Shown here: piece after piece, positions 24,952-37,551 of the stretch
Layout of the letters: each line of letters opens with the position of its first letter
Numbering within the stretch: the stretch's first letter is position 1
Source: Leucoraja ocellata
Taxonomy: Eukaryota
Assembly: GCA_036785375.1 (NCBI GenBank)
Contig: JAWMAR010000240.1
Location: forward strand, 1,302,001 to 1,366,000
Direction: 5' to 3'
Length of the DNA stretch: 64,000 bases
Program-made: the position numbers and the translations under genes
Notes under the pieces: model-generated
Database searches by the model: none
Told to the model about the DNA's origin: nothing
Seen by the model: only the letters and a program-made list of their open reading frames with translations

Positions 24952-27462
24952 GGAAAACACAGAATCTAACGGCCTAGCTGTTAGATATTAATAGCAGGGA
25001 AAACAGGACATTGTAATAAAACTGAACACAGTATTGTAATATCAAATCTAACACAAGAAAGCAAAATGAAAAAATCTCAGAAACACTTTGCAGAGTAGGC
25101 AGTGTCTGCGAAGAAAGAAATAGTATCAATAGTTTAAATCAATAGATCATCTTAAAACACTCTCCCCAGATGCCAGCTGACCTGTTGGGTGCTCTGGCCT
25201 TTTCTATTTCTGCTTCATTTTTTTTAATATCTGCAGTGTTTTGCTTCATTCACATACGAAAAGCAGCTTGGAGATTTTTAAAGCCACTGTACAGTTTAAA
25301 AAAGTTTCAAGCATTAATTCAGACAAATAAACTTTAGTGGGTTTGCTCACTGAAAATTGTGCAATTGAATCAATGTGTATCAAATACATAAATTGCCATG
25401 TTAAAAAAAACCCAGAAATACCATGTAAAATTTGGCCCAAGGCTGGTGGATCAATCTCAAAATCAGTTTCAAGGACATATGGGGAACCAAGTGACAGTGG
25501 ATTGACTGACAAAGGTCATGGTGTCAAATCATGTCTTGACCCAATTTGCACTCAATCTGCCGTTAAATACATTTCAAATTAGTGCAAAAGTTAAAAATAA
25601 AAGCACAGGAACGTACCAATCAGTGACACTCCATCGTGTTCTGATGAAACCTTTTCTGGACCACTTACACTATTAATAAAAAAAAAACAATGAAGATGTC
25701 AATTTTACATTGCACGTGAACCAGAGTACAATCTTCACAGTGTGGCAACAGAGCCTGAATAGTAGAAACAAGCTTGTTCTCTTTCCAACAAAATCTGTAG
25801 CTATCATAGATATTGTACACGTCATTTATAACACGGGCATAGTGGAAGACTATCAAATTGCAGCGGAAAATTACTGAGCCAGAAAAGAAAAGGCATTTGA
25901 TTTATTTCTGTGGTAATAATTTATCTTTGGTTATAAATCACTGTAATCACACGCAGTTCATTCCAATAGATGGAAGGAAAGTAACAGCTCGGCAAATAAA
26001 TTAATCACACTACACTCGCTACACTTAGAGAAGATGCAACTGCAACATATCTCAACACAAACATTTACACAAAACTGACAAGAAAAGGGGAGACTCATTT
26101 TGTACTGTCAAAATATTGTGCATTATTCCAGAATTCTGCCAGATTTCAGGTCCGCCTAACCATGAAATTCACAGCACATTGGGCACCTGGTTTATCCTGG
26201 AGCACTTAAAGGTCAAAATTCAAAATATTTACATGCACCATGCTCCATGTAAGAGAAGCAAACAAATTCAAGAGGAGAGCCCGAGATGCTTTACCAATTG
26301 CCGATAAGGGCTGAAGAACAAATCCGTGCAATAACGGGAATTTATTGCCATCAATTGGATGCAGAAAGCATTTTCCTTTACAACAAACTCGTGCTCAGAG
26401 GATCACATGAACGGTTTCATTAGCTTGGTAGCAAATTGATCCACATGCATATCACGCTTACACATTACTTCCATGTTTCAGTTATGCATTTGTACAAATG
26501 CAAATGTAGTTAGTTAGTCCAGTGGAATAATGGTATAAAGGTGAATTAGTCAGCTGTCCAGATGAACAGCATCAGTAGCAAGTCAGGTCATCAGAAAATT
26601 GCAATCCCTTAATATATACTGGTCGTCCGGCAATCCTTCATGTGGATCATATTATTTAATCTTATGAAGACTACAGAAACAGAAACAGAGAATTGGAAGA
26701 ATATGTGCAGATGTCTTTAGAAGACGCAGAAATGGTTACTGAGGTAGTTATAAAAACAATAGGGGTTCCTTGCATTATTTTTCTCTTTTTTTTCATTCTT
26801 CCAATCCCCTTTCGCATCAAATAGTTCACAGAACCTGCACCACTGTGACCACTGGGATATCTCAGCTAAGCATTGGTCTGTATCTGGATACCACTGATAA
26901 AGCACAATTGAGAAATGAGCTATGGAACTTAGTTGGTGAGCTTGGTTTTTTTTTTCTTTGTACAAAAATTCCAAAAGTTACTATCATTTACTTTCAGAAA
27001 TACCAGCAGTTCCTAGTTGAATATCCTTTGGGGAGTGGCTCTCTCCTCTTACCAAAATGTTCCCACTCTTGACTTGAATGAATACTCTATTGTCACATGT
27101 GACAAGTCACAGTGAAATTCTTTGCTTGCATACACAAGGTATGCAAATAGTCGCCATTTAAAGGCCGCTGACAAAGTTACAAAATATCCCGTGCCAGGTC
27201 CACCTTTGTTCTCCCCCCCACCCAATCATTCCAGATCTACTCCCTCTTCCCCCTCCCGGCTGTTCCCCCATGTCGGGTCTTCCTTTGTTCTCCCCCTACT
27301 CCACCCCCCCACCCCCCCACCCCCCATCCCTCACAGCGGTCTCCCCACTTGCATTGAGCCTGTCATTATGATCCCCACTTGCCTGGACAAGTGCAGTCCC
27401 AACAACAAAGGCAAGTCATGATTGTGCTCTTGTTCAAACTCTTGTACAAAATGCTGGGGTTA

Positions 27463-27700
27463 AGGGCCCGTCCCACTTTCACGACCAAATTCATGACCTC
27501 TGCTGAGTTTGCCCTTGACTCATACTCGCAGCATGGTCATCACAAGGATGTAGGAGGTCGTAGGTAGGTTGTAACAGGCTGTGATGCTAGTCGTAGGTAC
27601 TCGTACCATCAAGTAGGTCGGGGCGTTTTTTCTAGTCTGATGAAAAATGTCCACGAGTAAAGAAGGTTGTGAATTAAGTCGTGAAAGTGGGACCGGCCCT
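27463..27700. mobile_element. Harbinger-type MITE
   Basis: TIRs agggcccgtcccactttcacgac / gtcgtgaaagtgggaccggccct; TTA/TAA flanks. Confidence 0.85.
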
Positions 27701-28739
27701 TAACTCAGCGGCACAGGCAGCATCTCTGGAGAGATGCAATGGGTGATGTTTCGGGTCGAGACCCTTCTTCAGACTTATGTCAGGGGCGTGGGTGGCACAG
27801 ATATAAAATGTATTGATAAAATACATTTTTCTTCAGTTCTAGTATTTGTTTAGGAGTTCTGAGGCCTGAACCAATCATCAAGGCAAACGTTAAAATCCTA
27901 TCAAAGCAGCTGGGACATTTAAATACATTTAATTAAGTAAAATAAAAGCAAGCATTAATAATGGTGGCTATGAAACTAGGGTACGTGCAAAAATCTGTCA
28001 TTAATAACTCTAAGAGAAATAAATTTATAATGCAAAACCAATATGTGAATACCGAAGCTCAGCAAAGTACATGACTCCAAATTATCCAGTAAAATGACTT
28101 AGCAAACCACCAAGTTCAAGGGTAATTAGGGACCGGCAATAAATGCTGGCCTTCATGAACGAACAAAGGAAATGAGATTGACTGGAAGTGTACATTGCTT
28201 AAGATCTTCACGTTCTGCCAAATCATAATTGATTTTCAGAAGTGCCTGAATAGAATGAAATGGGATGGATCAGATGCCATAAGTTTATTAGAGAGCCATT
28301 GTTTTTACTTTTCTTATGTACAGTGAGCGGTTGCAAAATGATGGCGCTCACCATAAGTCTGCAGCTGTATTGATTCCTCTTTAATTTACTGGCGTAGCCC
28401 AGATTTCTTACAAAAGAGAAATTGACTTTTATTTAAGTAAAATAGAGGAACAACATTAAAGAAGGAGACAAGCACTTTTATAGATTGCTTTGTCATTGTT
28501 GTTTCATGCACAGACATATCCGAGATATCGTTGCAATGATGTAAATGAATGAACCTCCCGTGTAATCTCATAGATCCCTGCAGCAGTATTTGCACTGAAG
28601 TCACATACCTTGTTCCAACTTTTCCCCCAAATAATATTTGACTGTTGAATGAAACAAACTATCAATCTTTGTAAAAACAGTCCTTCAGTGGTCTGATGCC
28701 TGATATTACCTTCAGATCTACAGTCAGTAAGTCATGGCA

Positions 28740-28998
28740 AATAGAATCATAGTGATACAGCGTGGAAACAGGCCCTTCAGCCCAACTTGCCCACACCAAC
28801 CAACATGTCCCATCTACACTTGTCCCACCTGCCTGCGTTTGCCCATATCCCTCTTCACCTGTTCTATCCATGTCCCTGTCCAAATGTTTCTTTAAAGGTG
28901 AAATAGTACCTCGTCAACAACCTCCTCCGGCAGCTCATTCCATACACCCACCACCCTTTGTGTGAAAAGGTTCCCCTTCAGGTTCCTATTAAATCTTG
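28740..28998 (-). mobile_element. CR1 LINE 3' end
   Basis: atagaatcatagtgatacagcgtggaaacaggcccttc...ttcctattaaatct. Confidence 0.85.
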
Positions 28999-29884
28999 AA
29001 GATAGGTCCCATCTCCACCTCTCCAGAAATGCTGCCTGTACCACTGAGTTACTCACTCACTTTAAACCCATGTCTTCTGCTTCTCGATTTGCCTTCTCTC
29101 AGCAGTTGTTTTAGCTCTGGCTGTAGTTGCTTTAATTATCTGGTCATGCTTTGGAGACGGTGGGCACCTTAGTGAACAACATGCCCTGCATTTTACAGTC
29201 GTCTTCAATGTCAGGCAATATCTACTGCAAGTAAGAATGTCACTGTTCTGTTTTTGGCACAAAGGCCAGTTAAACAATCTTGACTCTTGAGATGATTCTT
29301 ACGTGCTTGTGTACTAGTCTCCTCCATAGAATGTCAAATATGTAGTGGGATACCTGCAGTAGGATACAATGTCATATAGGAACAGTCCCATTACACTCGG
29401 TGCTGAACCAGCTTCCACTTCTTCACCTCATGCATTGCACCAGACTAACAAATCTAAAGTTCAGATTTACCAGACTCCTTGCATTTTGTGACAAATCCTA
29501 ATAACTCTGACAACACTCAGATTTACCACGTGATTGTGGATCGAAAGATCTCATGTTAAAAACTACAAGTCTTAGCAAATCCTGCAAATTCTCTGGATGC
29601 AAACTGCGGCCTATCAAGACGAAGACGTTGATGGAAGATGCATGTGTAGAGTCAAAAGAGGAGCTTGCCAGCTGCATGGAGGACAGAGATGTGAGGTGCG
29701 TTTGTCACCGTGCCCCTCTGAAACCAGCACCACTGTGTCGCTAATGTTTTCAATGATATTAGTTATTATTTTCTTCCTTATTCTAATTCGAGCAAAGATT
29801 ATTTGAAATTCTTCCAAAGCATCTGCAAGTGGTGGTTGATAAAAGTGCGGCCACTTCAACAAAGTAATTGTAATAATCGCACCA

Positions 29885-29926
29885 CACAATTGTGTTAAGT
29901 TCTGGGCACCATGTTAGAAGATAGAT

Positions 29927-29983
<57 letters not shown>

Positions 29984-30838
29984 CTTATTTATATAGCACA
30001 TTTTCAGTCAACTTGCATTGACCCCAAAGTGCTTCACATAATTACATTACATTTACACACAGGCAAAGGTGGGTGAAGTGTCTTGCCCCAAGGACACAAC
30101 GACAGTATGCACTCCAAGCGGGATTCGAACCGGCTACCTTCCGGTCGCCAGCCGAACACTTAGCCCATTGCGCCATCTGTCGTCAAGCTTGAAAGGATAC
30201 GAGGATGTTACCAGTACTAGAGGGTCTGAGTTACAGGCAGAGGTTGAGTAGGCTGGGACTCTGTTCCTTGGAGTGCAGGAGGATGAGGGGTAATCTTATA
30301 GAGGTGTATAAAATCATGAGAGGAATACATCGGGTGGATGCACAGAGCCTCTTGCCCAGAGTAGGTGATTCAACGACCAGAGAACATAGGTTCAAGGTGA
30401 AGGGGAAAACATTTTATAGGAATCCGAGGGGTGATTATTTCACACAAAGGATGGTGGGGGTATGGAACAAGCTGCCAGATGAGGTAGTTGAGGCTGGGAC
30501 TATCCCAACATTTAAGAACCAGTTAGACAGGTGCATGGAGAGGACAGGTTTGGAGGGATATGGGCCAAACAAGGGCAGGTGGGACTGGAATTTGTGCCTT
30601 CCCCCACAGTGGGAACCATTGTGGGGGGATGTTTTTATGTTTATTGTTACATTCTTTAATGTGTCTTATCTTTATCTGTGTGTTGCATGGCAAGTCAAAT
30701 TTCACTACAATTGGTGTATGTGATAATAAATGTCCTTTGTATCCTTGTATCCTTTGTGTAGCTGGGACATTTTGGCCAGTGTGGGTAAGTTGGGCAAAAG
30801 GGCCTGTTTTCACACTGTATCACTCTATGACTCTATGA
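29885..30838 (+). mobile_element. CR1 LINE 3' fragment (interrupted twice)
   Basis: MLPVLEGLSYRQRLSRLGLCSLECRRMRGNLIEVYKIMRG...; tail cactctatgactctatga; insertions at 29929-30181 and ~30590-30755. Confidence 0.88.
29929..30181 (-). mobile_element. Intact tRNA-derived SINE with L2-type tail and (ATT)n, nested in CR1
   Basis: Minus strand: A box TGGCGCAATGG, B box GGTTCGAATCC, gtgtccttggggcaagacacttcaccca, tail tgtgaagcactttgg...aaatgtgctatataaataa(att)n. Confidence 0.88.
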
Positions 30839-31514
30839 TGTTTCCATCAGTCAATGACCTGTTGTAGCATTCATCATTTACCGTCCATAGATATATAGTT
30901 GAAAATTGTCACAGGCTGAAACACTATTGCAAGAGTTCCTTGTCAATTTGTGTGCACCTCATCTCTACTTCTTTTAATGCCCTTGATATCTATGTAGCCA
31001 TTGTCCAATTTGCATTATTGTTGCTATCTAAGAAGCTATTTAATATTTTTCAGCACCACTTCTTGGAATTGTTCCCAGAACCATTCTGCATCTTTATTTT
31101 TGATATATATCCGAGTGACTCGGTCAGATATGATAGATGAGAGCGAAACCTAGATATTGAACAAATCCCAACAAACATTGAATCCTTGCCAAACTTTTCA
31201 GCACAGGTCTCTCCTAGACTGCTCAAACATTGGCTGGTTACACAAATGTGTAGTGGGCATAACTTCTTGCCTCCAAAGTTACTCCTTCCCTTACCGAGCA
31301 CCATATTTATTGTACCTTTTGTCATGTCCTTGAATTTTTTATTCCTGCTCTTCTCTGAAGCCCAAGCCACAAGATCACCAGCAATTACTTCATTTTTTCT
31401 GTGGGAAACCACTAACATTGAATTGACTGTAAATTGCAAATGCTTCCAAAATACCTGACAAAGAAGCACCTGGGAAGGGAATAAGTCTGACAAATGATAT
31501 ATCTAATGTTATTA

Positions 31515-32273
31515 GATGAGCGATGTCGACTGGAATGTGTTCCAAGCAAGTTCCACTGACGTCAGTGAATTTGCGGAAGCATTCACGGACTTCATCGCAA
31601 CAATAACCAACAACATCGTCCTCACGGCAAGGGTAAGCACCTTTCCGAACCAAAATGCCTGGGTAGACTGGACCATTAGTGTGGCCTTGAATGCTCGCAC
31701 CGCTGCCTACAACTTGGGCCTGGCATCAGGAAACATGGACGTCTACAAGGTAGGGTCCTACCGACTGCGAAGGGCGGCGAAGGACGCAAAAAGGAGGTAC
31801 AGGGACAAGATGGAGTCACAGATGGAGCAGCAGGACACCAGATGCCTGTGACAGGGGCTACGGACTGTAACCAACTACCGGAGCACCCCACACTCATCCG
31901 CAAGTGCCGGCACCTCCCTAGCCGATGACCTGAACTCCTTTTACGCTCGTTTCGAGATGGGAAACACCACCCCAGGTCTGCCGACTATCGACAATACCGC
32001 CAGCAGGCTGGCTACCGAAGCTGAAGGGAGGAATGTGCACACATTCTCGCTGTCCGAGCACGACGTGAGGAGGGCTCTGACACGGGTGAACACGAGGAAA
32101 GCTGCAGGCCCCGATGTCATCTCGGGGCGAGCACTCAAGTCCTGTGCTACGCAACTAGCTCCGGTGCTCACTACAATATTCAACCTCTCCCTGGACAAGT
32201 CCGTGGTCCCTGCCTGCTTCAAAAAATCCATCATTGTACCGGTACCAAAAAATGCCTCCTCAGCCTGTCTGAA
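31515..32273 (+). mobile_element. Rex1/Babar LINE internal fragment (EN-RT linker), truncated at the inverted-duplication breakpoint
   Basis: DVDWNVFQASSTDVSEF...FPNQNAWV...; VRRALTRVNTRKAAGPDVISGRALKSCATQLAPVLTTIFNLSL...PACFKKSIIVPVPK. Confidence 0.9.
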
Positions 32274-32279
32274 GAACAA

Positions 32280-35200
32280 ATCTTGTTCTTCTTTATTTTT
32301 CTAATCTGGCTTGCTGAATATTTTTCCTCTGGGTTACAGAATGACTCCCATTTTATGCCCAACAGCATTAAAATAACTCAAAGTTAATTTCTGGTATAGT
32401 GTCAATGATTTTCTGATTATTGTAGAATGACACAACACAGAAGTAAACCAGTGAAGGAATAGGTGAAGTTTTGTGTCAAGATACATTTTCAGAATGCGAG
32501 GCAGAGTTGAGGGAAACCAGAGGTATGAAATGGTTCAGAACAAATCGGAGATCCGGATTCAATCCCGACTCCGGGTGTTGTCTGTACGTTCTCCCCGTGA
32601 CCTGTGTGGGTTTTCTCCAAGATCTTTGGTTTCCTCCCACATTCCCAAGACGTACATGTATGTAGGGTAATTAGCTTGGTGTGTGTATAAATTGACCCTA
32701 GTGTGTGTAGGAGAGTGTTAATATGTGAGGATCACTGGTCGGTGTGGACTCTGTGGCTGAAGGGCCCGTTTCCGCGCTGTATCTCTAAACTAAACTAAAA
32801 TTGGAGCCAGCACTGATGACCAAGGAAAGTTAGAACCAACAATGATCCATGGTCGAAACGTCGCCTATTCCTTTTCTCCCAAGATGCTGCCAGACCCGCC
32901 GAATTACTCCAGCATTTTGTGTCTATCTTCGGAGTAAACCAGCATCTGCAGTTCCTACTTACACAGAACAACAGCATTTGGGCTCTTGTGCCTTTTTCCA
33001 AATCAATTATCAATGATTCTTAAATAAAACTGTCATGATGTATTAGAGAATGACTCTGCTGATCCTCATGATTGAGAATATCCATTCTCTGAACAATTCT
33101 ACCAACTGATATTTCAGTAATTTTATCTCTGGAATTGCTTTAAGATATGAAGAGCTTTAAGACCAAGAGCCTACTATCAACGACAACAGAAGATTAAAAT
33201 ATCAATATCTATTGATGTAACCTGGGTGTTTCGGGTCTTTCAACATCAGACACCCTCACCCAGGCGACCCAGCCGTGGTTGATCAGACCACGACTTGTGT
33301 TCAGGTGGCATTCGCTTTTCCCCATGGACCTCCTCTCCTGATCCAGAGCCATCTTGAGGCTTTCTCCGCTGCCTCTGTGGTGTTCTTAATGGCTCTTTTC
33401 CTCGCAACTCCGTTGATGCCCAGTGCACTCAAGGCTTTGTAGAGCGATTGCCCAGTAAAACCACTGCAGCCAACCTCGATGGGCATACACCTTGCCTTCC
33501 AGCCCTGCATACGGCAGTCTATGACCAGCTCTTCATATTTGGCCATCTTCCTCTCGTGGGCCTCCTCCAGACGGTCCTCCCACGGCACTGCCAGTTCCAA
33601 CAAGACAATGTTTTTGGTCGCCTCTGAGACCAGGAGGATATCTGGCCTCAGGGTGGTCGTGGCAATGTGCTGTGGGAACTTCAGCTGTTTCACCAGGTCT
33701 ACGGAAAGCTGCCAGTCCTGCGCAGTCGCCAGGATTCCTGACTGATTCCTGGCTGCTGTGGTTCTTGGCAGCTGCACTCCGGCCTTCACGAAGGTGATCA
33801 TCTGGGTGGTGGGGTGTGCTCGTCTACAGCTGCTGATTCCCATGCTGATGGCTTCTGCAATGGGTTTGAGAACCTGGTCGTGATGCCATGTGTACCGGCC
33901 CTGCCCAAGAGCCTTTGGGCAACAGCTCAGGATGTGTTCCAACGTCCCCTTGCCTGAGCATTGCGGGCAATCTGGAGATTCCGCTTTGCCCCATATGAAG
34001 AGGTTCGACGGGCTGGGCAGGACATCATACACTGCCTGGACCAGGAACTTGATGCGCTGTGGTTCAACCTGCCAGAGCTCAGTCCATGTGACCTTTCGGT
34101 CCATGGCCTGCTTCCATCTTGTCCAGGCTCCCTGCTGCCTCAATCCAACTGCTCTGGTACACCTCTCCTCCTCCACCACTGCCCTCACTTCCTCCTGGAC
34201 CAGCCTGTGCCTGTCCTTCCCCTTGGCCTTGTCAAACTGGGGAGATGGGAAGATTCCCAGACCAGCTCTTCCCCGAGTCACTGCTCCCACCAGGACTCTG
34301 TGGCGTATCCGGGACTCTGCTTACATCACGGCTTCGCCGGCTCCCCACTTCCTCCCAGTTTTCACCTCCACCCCTGCTTGAGCCACCTTGGGGTCGCTGG
34401 AGTCCCTGTACAGCATCATCTCTCTGGCCCGAGTCACCTTGAACTCCTCCTCCAGGGACTTCAGGGGCAGCTGGAGCTTGGTGTTATTTCCGTAAAGGGC
34501 GATGCTGCTAAGGCTCTTGGGCAGTCCCAGCCACCTTCTGAGAAAGCTGCTGACTTTCCTCTCCAATCTCTCTACGATGGACTTCGTAGACAAGAATTGG
34601 CCAGAGTATCCTTGGCAGGATACCATGCTGGTAAATCCATGCCTTGAACTTGCCGGGAAGCCCCGACCGGTCCACTGCTCTCAACCAGCTCTCCAGCTCC
34701 TGACAGGTTGCCTGGGCAGATGCTGTATCCTTCAGGCTGCTGTTAAACACCTTGCCAAGACTCTTCACTGGCCTTTCGGAGACAGTTGGGATTGGTGACC
34801 CTTCGATGCTGTCCATAACTTTGCCCTTCTTCAGCACCAGTCACCTTGATTTTCCTGGCTTAAACCTCATCCTTGCCCATCCAATCAGTTTCTCCAACCC
34901 CTGCAGGATCCACCTGCCTCCTGGCACTGACTCAGTGGTGACAGTCAGGTCGTCCATGAAGGCTCTGATTGGTGGTTGACGCATTCCTGACTTGGTCCGA
35001 GGGCCCCGGCACTCTCTCAGCAGACTTGACGATCATGTTCATCGCCAAGGCAACAAGGATCACAGAGATGGTACAGCCTGTGATCATCCCAACCTCTAGT
35101 CTGTGCCACTCTGATGTTACTGACCCTGCTGAGACTCTCATGCTGAACTGGTTGTAATAGTCCAGGATGAGATCTGCCACTTGGCCCGGCACATGATGCT

Positions 35201-37297
35201 TGCCCATGACTGTCAGGATCAGCTTGTGCGGGATGGAGCTGTAGGCGTTGGCCAGGTCAAGCTAGAACACTGTCAGGTCACCCTTGTTCTCTCTGGTTTC
35301 TCTGATGAGCTGGGTCACCACTCCCGTGTGCTCTAGACACCCCGGCACTCCAGATACGCCTCCCTTTTGCACTGAGCTGTCAATGTAGCCATTGCTGGAG
35401 AGGAAGTTGGTCAGCCGCCTCGCCACTATGCTGAAGAAGATCTTGCCTTCAACGCTTAGCAAGGAGATGATTCTGAACTGATCGATCTTCTTGGAATCTT
35501 CCTCCTTAGGGATCCAGACTCCTTCAGCGAATCGCCACTTTCCCTCTCCTCCAGATGACTTTCAGGATCTCCCACAGCCATTTCAGTAACAAGGGGCAGT
35601 TCTTGTAGACCCTGTAGGGGACTCTGCTCGGGCCAGGGGCTGAGCCAGATCTTGCCCTCTTCACAACCTCCTGGACCTCTTTCAGGAGTGGCTCTCTACT
35701 ATCAAACACCTTGATGGGTGGAGGTGGTTTTATCAGGATGTTGCACTGGCCCTGCTCCTGCTGCCTGATGGGGTCACTGTAGGTGGTCTCGAGATGCCAG
35801 TCGATCTCCTCCTTCGAGCAAGCCAAACTCCCACTGTGCTTCTGCCCGAGTAATTGTTTGGTGAAGCCGAGGGGGTTGGCTCTGAAGGATGCTCGCTTCC
35901 TGGCTCTTTCCTTCCGGCGTCTTCGGTGCCACTCAGCTCCACGGAGGGTCAGCAGCTTCTTCCTCAGGATGGTTCGCAGATCAGCCTAGGGGGGACGTTG
36001 CTCTTCGCTGGCCTCTTTATACTGCTTCTTGAGAGACTTCAGCTCCTGTCGGATCTTGTTGGTTCATGGTGAAAGGTGTTCTGGCCGGCTTCTTCTCCAC
36101 TGCTCCAAACCTTTCCACAGCTAGGCCGACGATGATTGTCGTCATAGTCCGCAGCCTTCGATCCACGCCTCCCTTCGCAGTTGCTTCTAGCACCTTGTCG
36201 ACATCCTCGTGAAGTGAAGAGATTAGGATGGAAGATGTCATTATAAAAAAAAAGCTAGTTGGAAGGTCAGAAAACAACACAGTTCGGATCAGAAAACAAA
36301 TTGTCAATTTGCATCACAAGGAATGAGATTATGGGGATGGTGCCAGTTCTTCTGCTAGTCTCTACCTTCTATCCCTGTAGCAGTTTGGGATCTGCCATTC
36401 AGAGTAATCACAGGATTTTTGTCACATATGTCCTTGCAAGTTTTGGTGTTGACAGAATCATTGTTTGGGGACTCCACTGTTAACATTGTCACTGAGACAG
36501 AGATTGATCCCAGGGAGTTTGGCTTTCACACTCCATGGATTTCTGACATCTAAAGAACAGTTTAAAAAAATCAGATCAGGCTAATTTGCTTCCCCTGCAG
36601 AAGTGGAGTGGGCTTCACGATCCAATGTTCACCTCTGTGGTGTTAATGGAGGCATGGAGTCCTTCACATTGACATCAACATCGCACTTCATTGAATGTGG
36701 CATCAGGTTGCCTTCATAACACTTTGGCCTGGGTTTCAGAAACAACCCCTTCCACTGACTGCTGCCATGCTCACTGATTGTGGTGGTGAATCATTGCAGT
36801 CTTGGGACATCACAACATGAGCTGTACATGTGGAGAGGGCCTAACGATGTTCAATTACTTTCTCTAACTCAATGTAACCACATTGAGATATGCATCTCAT
36901 TCAGTGAAGCGTGTAGGATGGAACTGCAGGTGCTGGTTTAAACCGAAGATAGACCCAAAATGCTGGAGTAACTCAACGGGAGAGGCAACATCTCTGGAGA
37001 GAAAGAATGGGTGACATTTCAGGTCAAGAAGGGTCTTGACTAGTCAATTACTCTCAGGAATAAAATGGGAGGAGAAGTAATAGTGGTCACACCATTAAAC
37101 ATTAAGGGAAGGTGCCAAGATTATCTTTTATTGAAGAGGTCACTGGCTGGCATTTTTTGTGCCATATATGTAACTTAGAGTTTATCAGCACTTGCCTGAC
37201 TTTTGTCTGGATCATTTTTGTACAGAAAACATTTCTTTATTATAATGGAAGAAACATTAAATTGTAACTGAGTAACTCAGCGGGTTAGGCCGTGCCT
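32280..37297. repeat. Left arm of large inverted duplication (partner 46024-48219), containing the Hero insertion
   Basis: For example 32281-32460 is the reverse complement of 48040-48219, and 36225-37297 is the reverse complement of ~46024-47152. Confidence 0.95.
33197..36219 (-). mobile_element. Hero-clade (R2-superclade, RT + REL endonuclease) non-LTR retrotransposon, 5'-truncated and frameshifted
   Basis: RT motifs GCLEH, GCTISVIL, AFMDDL; CCHC knuckle CPQC...EHILSCC; REL RPDILL...LELAVPWED...K..KY; candidate TSD AGATTA at 33191-33196 and 36220-36225; absent from the paralogous arm. Confidence 0.9.
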
Positions 37298-37324
37298 CAA
37301 TACAAGTTCATTTCAAACATCTTA

Positions 37325-37551
37325 AGGGCCTGTCCCACTTGGGCGTCATTTGTGCGTAATTATGCCACATCATTTAAGCGTCACGATTTAAGGTGCGCAA
37401 TACGCGTGCATGGTGCGCATTATGCGCATGATGCGTGGTGAAGTAGGCAGTGACGCACGGTCACGCGTGGCGCCCCAGGATTTTGGGATGTACAAAATCT
37501 TTGCACGCCATCTGCGTGACTGGCAAATGGCACCCAAGTGGGACAGGCCCT
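37325..37551. mobile_element. Harbinger-type MITE
   Basis: TIRs agggcctgtcccacttggg / cccaagtgggacaggccct; TTA TSD. Confidence 0.9.

Noticed and set aside
30110-30181. tRNA gene candidate (perfect A and B boxes)
   Set aside because: Continues into a SINE body and LINE-derived tail, so it is a SINE head.
33224-33255. Hammerhead-like words (ctgatg...gaaac) in the Hero 3'UTR
   Set aside because: The core is CUGAUGU rather than CUGANGA and no proper stem II or III can be drawn; treated as a plain stem-loop.
33479-34647. Plus-strand ORFs of up to 228 aa
   Set aside because: Antisense shadows of the Hero ORF.
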